The notes: generated by a model from the sequence alone, not told the origin. Positions 1 through 8,396 are shown, counted from the first letter of the stretch. The stretch is 32,000 bases of DNA from Promethearchaeia archaeon (GCA_046497275.1 JAWOFX010000148.1:1-32000); one strand, 5' to 3'. Translations and numbers: made by a program.

Positions 1-615
1 CAAGGCATTTTAGAACAAGAATTAGACAGGCTAATATCCAATTTAGATATAATCCTTGATCCATTTGTAAAAACAGATTTAATTAGGCAAGATTGGGTCG
101 AAGGCAGCAGTGATATATTACTCTTTCTCAAATCTGATTTTGCGATTATGCGAGCCCCTCCAGAAAAACTTGTTGAACAAGCTCAAAAAAATAATCCTGA
201 TCCTCAAGTAGCTCAAAAATACTTAGAGAGTGTGAGAGAATTTTTCAACAATTATGAACCGAATCAAGAAGATAATCTTAGAATCGCTTCTATTATGATT
301 AATCCAGATATTTATGATTATATAGCATTATTTAGAGACAAACCTTACCCTTTAAAAAAAATACCCAAAGGACCTGGTGAATCTTTTGAAAGTATAAGTG
401 ATCTTATGAGAAGACTAGAGGAGAACGAGATAATTAAAGTTATTGAAGATAAATCTGGAATGAAATGGGTATTTTTACTTACAGATGTAATTGCTGAGGA
501 ATTTTATCCCGAATATTTAATAGAAAAGATACGACAAGACTTTGTTGAGGGAAATTTGAAAAAAGATATTGCTATAAAACATTTAGATATTCTTGAGAAT
601 GCATACCCTAAATGA
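1..615 (+). CDS. 5'-truncated hypothetical protein with probable tandem winged-helix C-terminal region
   Basis: Frame 1 is open from base 1 (QGILEQELDRLISNL...) into the 148..615 ORF. The segment SISDLMRRLEENEIIKVIEDKSGMKWVFLLTD has a wHTH-like helix plus beta-hairpin pattern. Confidence 0.75.
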   Translation, partial: QGILEQELDRLISNLDIILDPFVKTDLIRQDWVEGSSDILLFLKSDFAIMRAPPEKLVEQAQKNNPDPQVAQKYLESVREFFNNYEPNQEDNLRIASIMINPDIYDYIALFRDKPYPLKKIPKGPGESFESISDLMRRLEENEIIKVIEDKSGMKWVFLLTDVIAEEFYPEYLIEKIRQDFVEGNLKKDIAIKHLDILENAYPK

Positions 616-631
616 GATGATAAATTAAATT

Positions 632-2662
632 ATGAGTGGTATTGAAAAAGATAGCGAAGAGGATTCTTCTATTAAACAAGTCTTAGAACTTGTAGGTTTA
701 GCTCCAGAAGATATTAGAACGTATTTTAAAATCACAGGTCGAGGACCAGTAATGTTAGGGGAGATTTCTATTCTAACTAATGTTTCAGAAGAAAAAGCGC
801 ATAAGATAGCTCAGAATTTACTTGATAAAGGTTTAGTGCGTGAAATTCCCGGGAAAACCCCGCATTATATGGCTTTACCTCCATATGCTGCTTTATTAAA
901 CCAAATCAAACAATTTAGAGAAATAGTGGAAAATATACAACAAAAGACACCTAAATTACTAGAAGAACGATTTAAGTCAATTGAACAACAGACAGCTAAA
1001 CTACAAAAATTAGAAGATTACAGAGATCACATTCATAAAATGAAAGAAAATCTGCCAGCGCAAATTAAGGCTCAATTCTCCAGATTTGAAGATGAATTGG
1101 AGCAAGTTAAGAAATTTCACGAAATTAAACAATTTATTCTTAATCTTCGAGAAATTGTGCCTGAAGATATCACTAACAATTTTAAAAAGATGGAGGACAG
1201 ATTAGAAGTTATTAAAACTGAAATCTCTAATGCTTTTGAAACTCAATTTAGAGTAGGCGCATTAAAAAAAATGGCTGAAAAAATAGTTTCCAACATAATG
1301 TATAAAGAATTTAATGAAATCGTGAATGAATTTAAAGGTAAGATAGTAAATACTACTCAAGGAATGCTCGATGATGTAATTGGACAATTAGGAAGTCTCT
1401 CAGAAGCTGCAGGTGAGATTAGTACGGGTTTAGATACTACATTCGATGATATTGAATCTGGACTCAAAGAAACATTAGAAGATTTGGATAATCGAATAAA
1501 GAGTGTATATTCTGATATTACGGGAGGTATTGAAGATTTAAAAACAATGTTCCAAAATGAAATATTCCAAACCCTGCAACGCGATATTATCACCAATATC
1601 TTAAATCAATTAGAATTATCAGAAAATACAATGAAAGAATTCTGGGAACGTGCTAAAAAGGCATCCTTATTAACTTTCAAAGATGTGTGGTTTGTAAGAA
1701 GTGCAGAAGGAATGAGGGCACAAATCAATGATTCTATTTCTAGAGTTAAAATGAGATTCCATCTTATTGCTCCACGATTAGATGATATTGATATGGTTGC
1801 TATAAAAGATGTAAAACGTCATGTGAATGTGAGGATTTCTACAAATTTTGATATCAATGATAAGGAACATAAAAAAATTCTCGACAGCCTTAAAGAATAC
1901 CCTAATATTGATGTACGACATTATCCTCGAGAAAATCTATGGTCAATTAATAAAGATTTTGAAGAAGTTGTTGTATGTGTAGTCGCTCCAGGTGTGAATC
2001 CTGATCAAATGGAAATTGCTGGTATGGGTTCAATATTAGAGGAGCATGTAAAATTATTTGCGGCTGTATTAGAAGATGTGTGGATTCAGAGTAAAAAACA
2101 AGATCACATAGAGATAACTCATACTGTGCAGCATCCTCGTACGGGAGATAGATTAGTAAAGCCTTCTGAATATAGAGAGAGAACAGAAATGGCTCAAAAA
2201 GAAGATGAAATACTTTCAACTCCATCAAGCGAATCATTACCTCCAGCAGAAACCACACAAGAAACTCAATCCGTAGCACCAGTGTCTAAGGAAATAGAAA
2301 AAAGAATTCAAGAAGAATCTAATATTCAACCACCCTCACCTAAAGCAGAATCAATAGAGGAACCAGAAATTAAATCAGTGCATGAATTACCCGAAGAAGA
2401 GGGAGGTAAAAAAGAAATGTCTCTTAGAGATGAATTTTCAAAATTAGATAGTCAAATAAAAGAACTTACTGCGGTAGAACTTTCCTCAGAATTAAGTAAA
2501 TTAAAAGATATCATTTTAGAACAGAAAGGTTATTCAAGCGTACTAAAACAAATTAATTTAAGCATTTCAATGTATAAGAATGTCGGTGGCAAACTAAATG
2601 AAGCAGAAATAGAAGAATTAGAAAACAAAATTAGATTTTGGAAATCAAAATTGGGAATATAA
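632..2662 (+). CDS. TrmB-type wHTH, long coiled coil, PLD-like (TrmB effector-type) domain, acidic linker and helical C-terminal domain
   Basis: N-terminus LGLAPEDIRTYFKI...LGEISILTNVSEEKAHKIAQNLLDKGLVREIPGK matches the TrmB HTH pattern; aa ~90-345 heptad-rich; aa ~350-488 alpha/beta (VWFVRSAEGMRAQINDSISRVKMRFHLIAP) like the TrmB/PLD fold without HKD. Confidence 0.7.
   Translation: MSGIEKDSEEDSSIKQVLELVGLAPEDIRTYFKITGRGPVMLGEISILTNVSEEKAHKIAQNLLDKGLVREIPGKTPHYMALPPYAALLNQIKQFREIVENIQQKTPKLLEERFKSIEQQTAKLQKLEDYRDHIHKMKENLPAQIKAQFSRFEDELEQVKKFHEIKQFILNLREIVPEDITNNFKKMEDRLEVIKTEISNAFETQFRVGALKKMAEKIVSNIMYKEFNEIVNEFKGKIVNTTQGMLDDVIGQLGSLSEAAGEISTGLDTTFDDIESGLKETLEDLDNRIKSVYSDITGGIEDLKTMFQNEIFQTLQRDIITNILNQLELSENTMKEFWERAKKASLLTFKDVWFVRSAEGMRAQINDSISRVKMRFHLIAPRLDDIDMVAIKDVKRHVNVRISTNFDINDKEHKKILDSLKEYPNIDVRHYPRENLWSINKDFEEVVVCVVAPGVNPDQMEIAGMGSILEEHVKLFAAVLEDVWIQSKKQDHIEITHTVQHPRTGDRLVKPSEYRERTEMAQKEDEILSTPSSESLPPAETTQETQSVAPVSKEIEKRIQEESNIQPPSPKAESIEEPEIKSVHELPEEEGGKKEMSLRDEFSKLDSQIKELTAVELSSELSKLKDIILEQKGYSSVLKQINLSISMYKNVGGKLNEAEIEELENKIRFWKSKLGI
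911..1225 (+). repeat. Three 35-aa (105-bp period) degenerate protein repeats inside the TrmB-like CDS
   Basis: P107/P142/P177, F114/F149/F184 and E118/E153/E188 recur at an exact 35-residue period (P-x6-F-x3-E). Confidence 0.75.
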
Positions 2663-2692
2663 TAAATTAGACTATCTTTTTTCTCTTATTGT

Positions 2693-3760
2693 TTAAAATA
2701 ATTTAGGATTTCTTATCTTCAATAGCTTCTCAATTATATGGAAAATTTCATTTTTTGAACCTATATAGGCTAAAAGTTGATGAGTTGCTTCTCCTACAGA
2801 ATTACCGTTTTTGGTTTTAAATATATCTAATTGTAATTCTATTTCACCATAACGTAATTCTGATCTTTTTGGAGATTCTGAATTATAAGATTGTATTACT
2901 CCAATTTCCGATTCAGGATGATCTCTTGCAACATCAAAACATTCATCTTGCGATTTTGGGATATCATCAGACAGTTTGATTATAAGACCATAACTTTTTG
3001 ATTCTGGTATATTCAAAATGTACCCTATTTTCGCCTTTTTCGAAAAATCTATGTCTTCAGGTCGGATTGCAAGCTTATATATATCAAATACATCTATTTT
3101 AAATCCTATATAGTCTTTTTCTATAATAAGACGTTCATTTGGTATAGCACGAAAATAAGAAAGGGGTTTTGCTTTATGTTTGGTTGGTATTAAAACAGTT
3201 CCAGGATTTTCTGGCCCTCCACTTATTATATTTGTCAGGCTCCATCCATTTACTTTCAGATTCGGTTTGTTAAGAGTACATACATCATTATATTCAATAC
3301 CGCAAAAGTTTAAAGCTGAGGATAAAGGATCATCGATTAACTTTATATCTCGTGTGATATTGCCGTTATACATTTCCTTAGTCAGCTGATTTTCTACTTG
3401 GATTGATGTTTTCAGTTTGCACGATTGTTTTGAAGCATTCATAATTTTATAATGTGCTGGATCTAATTTATCTGGACAAAACCAACCCTCCCAATTCTCA
3501 GGGTTTCTATAGAAAAATAATCTCTCAGGACTGATCCAATATCTGTCTCCACCTATATCTCTTCGATTATTGGATATGGTTTCTTTTAGATTCGGATTTA
3601 TCCACATCATACTATAAGAATTAATATGGGGAAAAATTCCTATTGGTCTTCCACCATATTCAGAAATAACCACTTTGCTATTCTCGTTTAGTTCTAAAAC
3701 TTTGAAAGTTGTTAAATCATCTAAAGAAGAAATCAAATCATTATATGTATAATAATTCAT
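2693..3760 (-). CDS. Conserved hypothetical protein, DUF6786-like (probable beta-sandwich, mutarotase-like fold)
   Basis: Motifs SEYGGRPIGI, MWINP, IGGDRYWISPE resemble DUF6786. Start moved to ATG 3760 (MNYYTY) because the upstream 18 codons look like AT-rich intergenic sequence. Confidence 0.55.
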   Translation of the reverse strand: MNYYTYNDLISSLDDLTTFKVLELNENSKVVISEYGGRPIGIFPHINSYSMMWINPNLKETISNNRRDIGGDRYWISPERLFFYRNPENWEGWFCPDKLDPAHYKIMNASKQSCKLKTSIQVENQLTKEMYNGNITRDIKLIDDPLSSALNFCGIEYNDVCTLNKPNLKVNGWSLTNIISGGPENPGTVLIPTKHKAKPLSYFRAIPNERLIIEKDYIGFKIDVFDIYKLAIRPEDIDFSKKAKIGYILNIPESKSYGLIIKLSDDIPKSQDECFDVARDHPESEIGVIQSYNSESPKRSELRYGEIELQLDIFKTKNGNSVGEATHQLLAYIGSKNEIFHIIEKLLKIRNPKLF

Positions 3761-3869
3761 AGGTATGATAAGAGTAAAAACTATAAAAAAATAGATAAGA
3801 CTTAAAAATTTCAATAATCTTTTTCTCTTAGTTTATTTTATCAAATATTAGAAGTTTATAAAAATAGTT

Positions 3870-4538
3870 ATGGAAAATTTACTTTTTTTGGTTCTTTATT
3901 TTATATTTGCAGGACTCAGCATTGTGGTTATACTAATAAAACAAGAAAAAATGCAATATATTTTTAAACCACTCTTAATCCCGCTCTTAATTATGTATTA
4001 TATTTTTAATATTCCAATTGAAAATGTTGATTGGTTTATTGTTGCTGGAATGACATGCGGTTTAGTAGGTAATATTTTTTTCATGCATATTAAAGAGAAG
4101 GAAATGTTTCTAAACGGATTGATTGTTCATAGTGTAGGCCATGGATTTTATGTATTTTCGTTTTTTTTTTATATAATCAATTTTTCAAGCTTTAGATTAT
4201 GGAAATTGTTTCTAATGGCTCCAAGTATTATTATTGTACTAATAACTTATTATAAAATTAAAAATGATTATACGAGCATTAAAATAGCTATGATTTCTTA
4301 CATAGCAATTGTATTGATGATGAATCTTTTTTCTATTTTTCGTTTACCAGCGTCAGAAGGAGGAGACTTTTGGTTATTATGGGTAGGAACCTCATTTTTG
4401 CTTATCTCTTCAATACTTATAGCTTTAAATGAATTTTATGAAATGATTCCATTTTCAGAAGCTACAAGATTAGGAATATACTTTTTAGCCCAATTTTTTA
4501 TTGTTCAAGGAGTTTTAATCACAACATTATCTGCATAA
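3870..4538 (+). CDS. YhhN/TMEM86 lysoplasmalogenase-like membrane protein, divergent copy
   Basis: About 8 hydrophobic segments, KPLL motif, GH motif and terminal YFLAQFFI; the conserved GD and SD aspartates are replaced (N68, S181). Confidence 0.75.
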   Translation: MENLLFLVLYFIFAGLSIVVILIKQEKMQYIFKPLLIPLLIMYYIFNIPIENVDWFIVAGMTCGLVGNIFFMHIKEKEMFLNGLIVHSVGHGFYVFSFFFYIINFSSFRLWKLFLMAPSIIIVLITYYKIKNDYTSIKIAMISYIAIVLMMNLFSIFRLPASEGGDFWLLWVGTSFLLISSILIALNEFYEMIPFSEATRLGIYFLAQFFIVQGVLITTLSA

Positions 4539-4592
4539 GTCATAAAAACTCACAGAAGAATTATTTAAATAATATTATTCCGTAATGTAATT

Positions 4593-5258
4593 ATGATCCA
4601 ATATATTTTTCTCGGAATTCTTCTATTCGATTATATTTTACATGTGTATAGTGAAGCTATCGAACATAAGACACTTAGATATATCACTAAACCATTACTG
4701 ATGCCTTTAATCATACTCTATTATAGTTTTAGTGTGAGTTTATTAGCTATTAATTGGTTTTTAATTATTGCATTAATTTTTGGGATGTTGGGAGATATTT
4801 CATTGATGATTGGGAGAGAAGGGAAATGGTTTATGTTGGGCTTAGGTTCTTTTCTGATTGGACATATTTTTTATATAATTACATATCTTCTCTTAAGTGC
4901 ACCTAACTTGCTTCAGTTCCCTCCTATTGGATGGTTACTTTTATTACCATTGATTGGACTTACCTTATTCTTCTTTTTCCGAATTAAGGGAAAGATGGGT
5001 GAACTACAAATGCCTACGATGATTTATTTGATTGTAATATTTCTAATGAGCTTCTTTGCAATGCTTCTATTATCTGTGTTCTCTCCATTAGCCTTTATTT
5101 TTATCTATCTGGGGCCAATTCTTTTTATTATTTCTGATGGATTAATCGCAGTTGATAAATTCGACAAAAAAATCTCAAAAGAGGGAGTATATGTAATGAT
5201 AACCTATGTCCTTGCTCAATTATTCATTACGCAAGGAATAATCCTTTACCAAATATAA
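4593..5258 (+). CDS. YhhN/TMEM86 lysoplasmalogenase family membrane protein
   Basis: YITKPLLMP, LGDISL, GLGSFLIGHIFY, ISDGLIAVDKF and VMITYVLAQLFI are the canonical YhhN motifs. Confidence 0.9.
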   Translation: MIQYIFLGILLFDYILHVYSEAIEHKTLRYITKPLLMPLIILYYSFSVSLLAINWFLIIALIFGMLGDISLMIGREGKWFMLGLGSFLIGHIFYIITYLLLSAPNLLQFPPIGWLLLLPLIGLTLFFFFRIKGKMGELQMPTMIYLIVIFLMSFFAMLLLSVFSPLAFIFIYLGPILFIISDGLIAVDKFDKKISKEGVYVMITYVLAQLFITQGIILYQI

Positions 5259-5351
5259 TATTTTTATTTTTTTTCTTTAATTTAAAATTCTAATAAATAG
5301 AGTTTGGCGTATTCTTTAACTAAAGTAAAAAAATTTTTAATGTACAAATAA

Positions 5352-5364
5352 TTTAAATATATAA
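5352..5364 (+). promoter_or_regulatory. Probable TATA box of tRNA-Thr
   Basis: TTTAAATATATAA about 21-33 nt upstream of tRNA position 1. The AT-rich background lowers specificity. Confidence 0.4.
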
Positions 5365-5384
5365 CTAAAATTTGCGCTATTTTT

Positions 5385-5487
5385 GCCTCTGTAGCTCAGT
5401 CGGTAGAGCGTTGCCTTGGTATTCGTTGGAATTGCTCCAAATAAACACACAGGCAAAGGTTCGCGGGATCATAACCCGCCAGAGGCT
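5385..5487 (+). tRNA. tRNA-Thr(GGT) with 29-nt intron at 37/38 (5422..5450); atypical T-loop
   Basis: Acceptor GCCTCTG/CAGAGGC, D-stem GCTC/GAGC, anticodon stem TTGCC/GGCAA with loop TT-GGT-A|A, T-stem GCGGG/CCCGC, discriminator T, no encoded CCA. Confidence 0.85.
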
Positions 5488-5671
5488 TCCTATATTATAT
5501 TAGTAATAGTGAATTAGAATATTCTCAAAAAAAGTTATTAATAGAAACAAATTCTTTTCAATCTACTGAAGTAAAAACAAAAAGTTAATAAATTTTTAAA
5601 ATTTGAAAAATTTAAGGTTATTACCAGAGTTTTAACATATTTTATTTAAGACTCGTCCTTGTCAATATTCA

Positions 5672-5802
5672 GCCGATGTAGCTTAGTTGGTCATAAAACC
5701 AATATTGGTTTGACTTCAGCGCCAGACTCATAATCCTTCTGAAAAAAATGGGTCAGACTGGATGTATTCTGGAGGTCGTGGGTTCATATCCCACCATCGG
5801 CA
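5672..5802 (+). tRNA. tRNA-Met(CAT), probably elongator, with two introns (22/23: 5695..5717; anticodon loop: 34 nt, 5734..5767 or 5733..5766)
   Basis: Acceptor GCCGATG/CATCGGC, anticodon stem CCAGA/TCTGG with CT-CAT-A, variable loop AGGTC, T-stem GTGGG/CCCAC, discriminator A. The G1-C2-C3 start is typical of archaeal elongator Met rather than Ile2. Confidence 0.88.
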
Positions 5803-5914
5803 CTCTTCTCTCCTCTAAATGATAATACTCTTATTCTATCTACAATTAATATGTTTAATAACGATTAAGTCTCTATTGAGATAAAAGGAGATATTACAAC
5901 TAGAACTCGACAAA

Positions 5915-6553
5915 ATGAAAAATGAAAAACTAGAATGGGTTATATTTGATGCATGGGGTGTAATATATACAAAACGCAATTTTATCCATAGTATCTTGTA
6001 TCCTTTTTTAAAAAAATTAAATTCTGAAATTCAAGAGGAAGTGTTGTATAAGGAATATTTTAAGGCAAGTAGAGGAGAATTAACCTCTCGAAATTTCTGG
6101 AAAAATATTGGATACGGAGAACAATACCCGGAAATAGAACAAGAATATTTAAAATCTATTTCATGTTTAGATAAAGACTTTATTAAATATATTCCTAAGA
6201 TAAAAAAAGAGTTTCGAGTAGCTTTATTAACAAATGATGTAAAAGAATGGTCAAGACATCTTTTACATAAATTTGATATAATAAATTATTTTGAAGAAAT
6301 TATAATAAGTGGAGAAGTGGGTTTTCGAAAACCTGGAACGGAAATTTTTGAATATTTTTTAGAACAAACTAGTATTAAGCCCATCAACAGCCTCTTTGTT
6401 GATGATAGGTTAACAAATTTGAAAGCAGCAACAGAAGTAGGAATTAATGTTATTCGATTCATTCGAAAAGAAAGAAAAACTCCTTTTTGTTCGGAATTCG
6501 AAGTTGGAAGCTTTAATGAGTTTTGGCATACTTTAAATAATTTCTATAGATAA
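5915..6553 (+). CDS. HAD-superfamily hydrolase, subfamily IA (YihX-like)
   Basis: Motif I IFDAWGV, motif II LLTND, motif III GFRKPG, motif IV FVDDRLTN. Confidence 0.88.
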   Translation: MKNEKLEWVIFDAWGVIYTKRNFIHSILYPFLKKLNSEIQEEVLYKEYFKASRGELTSRNFWKNIGYGEQYPEIEQEYLKSISCLDKDFIKYIPKIKKEFRVALLTNDVKEWSRHLLHKFDIINYFEEIIISGEVGFRKPGTEIFEYFLEQTSIKPINSLFVDDRLTNLKAATEVGINVIRFIRKERKTPFCSEFEVGSFNEFWHTLNNFYR

Positions 6554-6585
6554 AGAGATTAACAAGATTATTTTGATTTTAACGA

Positions 6586-7443
6586 TTATTTATATAATCT
6601 TAAGCTTGGAAAAAGATCGTTTGAAATTACTGATAAATCATATTCATGATAATTTTTTATAATATCTAAGAGAAATTCAAAATAATTTGATTGTATTTCT
6701 ATTTCATATTTTTCACTCAAAAGATAAATTAGTTCTTTCTTTGTAAATTCGCCTGTGTTAGAATGGTTCTGAAGAATGTTTATAATAGCCTTCGAGAGCT
6801 CAAACGCTTTTAAAACCTCATTCCTAAGCATAATTAATCCAGAAATCGGAAATTTCTCAGAGAGAAATTTTTTTATGATAGCACTCTCAATTTTGGCATT
6901 TTTCATAATTTTCTTTTTTTTCTCCTCATCAAAAATTTCATCATAATCAATTACTTCATAATTCTCATAATTATATCTATAACGTATATATTCTAATCGA
7001 TTAAGAATAGCAATATTATAATCAAAAGAGATTTCAAAGATAAAATCAAGTATTTTAGGCAGTTCTTGAGATATTATCTCACTATCATTCAATAAAAGTA
7101 CATCTTTCTTCAAAAATACACCTTTCAATATGGACGCAAGTTCGACTAAAGTTATATTGGATAATACTAATTTTAAATCAATTTTTTCAAGATTTCTATG
7201 TGAATTCAAACGATTTTCATCTTGAATGTTAATATTAGGCGATTCAAGTGTAAAATCACTGACAAAACTATCCCGAATGTTGAAATTTTTGTCAACATAT
7301 GATATAAATGAATGGGGGCAAATAATGGACTTATCAATATTTACCGCTACAATACCTCTTTTACTTTTTTCTAGTAGTGTCTCGTCTACTTCGATTTTTC
7401 CCGATTTATTACATACGGGACAATGTATTTTAACTCTTTTCAT
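6586..7443 (-). CDS. Hypothetical protein with N-terminal CxxC...CxH zinc-binding module, alpha/beta core and C-terminal wHTH-like helices
   Basis: HCPVC (aa 7-11) and ICPH (aa 42-45); 285-aa ORF with codon style like the flanking genes. Confidence 0.75.
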   Translation of the reverse strand: MKRVKIHCPVCNKSGKIEVDETLLEKSKRGIVAVNIDKSIICPHSFISYVDKNFNIRDSFVSDFTLESPNINIQDENRLNSHRNLEKIDLKLVLSNITLVELASILKGVFLKKDVLLLNDSEIISQELPKILDFIFEISFDYNIAILNRLEYIRYRYNYENYEVIDYDEIFDEEKKKKIMKNAKIESAIIKKFLSEKFPISGLIMLRNEVLKAFELSKAIINILQNHSNTGEFTKKELIYLLSEKYEIEIQSNYFEFLLDIIKNYHEYDLSVISNDLFPSLRLYK

Positions 7444-7607
7444 CCAAAAAATAAAATAAAATAATATATAATAATATTTTCTATTCCTAATTTTCCTACG
7501 ACAATCTTAAATTATTTATAAAAGCTTTGATTAAGTTTTTGGATCTAAAAATATTTAGGATTTTAAAAAAGAACTAATTAAAGTGAGGATTAGGATATTT
7601 AATTGAG

Positions 7608-8372
7608 TTAAATTTCTAGTTTTCTCAAATCTTCGGCTATTATTACCTCATTCTTAAAAATCTCTTCCGCGGATTTTTTCATTAACGGCATTTGGCTTTC
7701 AAATATGGGTGAAATGTGAACTAAGACGAGCTTTTTCGAATTAGACTTTTTCGCCATATGAGCGGCATCGGAGGGAGTACAATGGTGATATTTATGGGCA
7801 ACTTTCTGAAACTTATCTGGAAACGTTGCTTCACAAATGAAGAGATCAGAGTTTTTCGCAAGTATTTCTATTCTCTGATTAGGTTTTGTATCACCCGAAT
7901 ATGTAAGTTTGGAATTTTGAGACTCAATAGAATATGCGTATGCGGGAAATCCATGCTCAACTTGGATTGCATTTATTTTATAGGAATAACATTCCTTTAT
8001 TTCTTGGATCTCATCAGAATCTTTTAATTCAATAAAATCAATTTCAAAACTTCCCATATCTTCTGGAGTATGAGCGAGTTCGAGAATTGTTTTTATGGTT
8101 TTTTCAGTAGTTGGGGGTCCCACGATTTTTATAGATTTTGATCGGCCTGTAATCCAATAATACCATAGGAGTGAACAAATTCCTAAAAAATGATCATTAT
8201 GTAGATGAGTTATGCAGATATATTCTATTGAATCGATCTTCTTTAATCTAATCAGTTTTTGGGTCGTACCTTCTCCGCAATCCAAGAGTAAGTCATCATT
8301 AACTAGATAGGCGGGATATGTTCGATTTTCTGAAATTATTCCTCCAGATGTTCCAATTAATGTTATGTTCAT
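7608..8372 (-). CDS. Metallo-beta-lactamase fold hydrolase, RNase Z-like (lacks flexible arm)
   Basis: LLDCGEGT, THLHNDHFLG (HxHxDH), VEHG, YSGDT, CEATF, HHCT, VHIS. Start set at MNITLIGT. Confidence 0.85.
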   Translation of the reverse strand: MNITLIGTSGGIISENRTYPAYLVNDDLLLDCGEGTTQKLIRLKKIDSIEYICITHLHNDHFLGICSLLWYYWITGRSKSIKIVGPPTTEKTIKTILELAHTPEDMGSFEIDFIELKDSDEIQEIKECYSYKINAIQVEHGFPAYAYSIESQNSKLTYSGDTKPNQRIEILAKNSDLFICEATFPDKFQKVAHKYHHCTPSDAAHMAKKSNSKKLVLVHISPIFESQMPLMKKSAEEIFKNEVIIAEDLRKLEI

Positions 8373-8396
8373 AAATAACACTATTTCTAATACTAA

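Noticed and set aside
3761-3814. N-terminal hydrophobic extension (MKFLSLIYFFIVFTLIIP) as a signal peptide of the DUF6786-like protein
   Set aside because: It could be read-through into AT-rich intergenic DNA shared with the divergent YhhN promoter; a real signal peptide cannot be excluded without orthologue alignment.
5672-5802. Assignment of the CAT tRNA as Ile2 or initiator Met
   Set aside because: It lacks the A1-T72 pair and the three consecutive G-C anticodon-stem pairs of initiators; the GCC acceptor start and CCAGA/TCTGG stem fit elongator Met better. Ile2 is not fully excluded.
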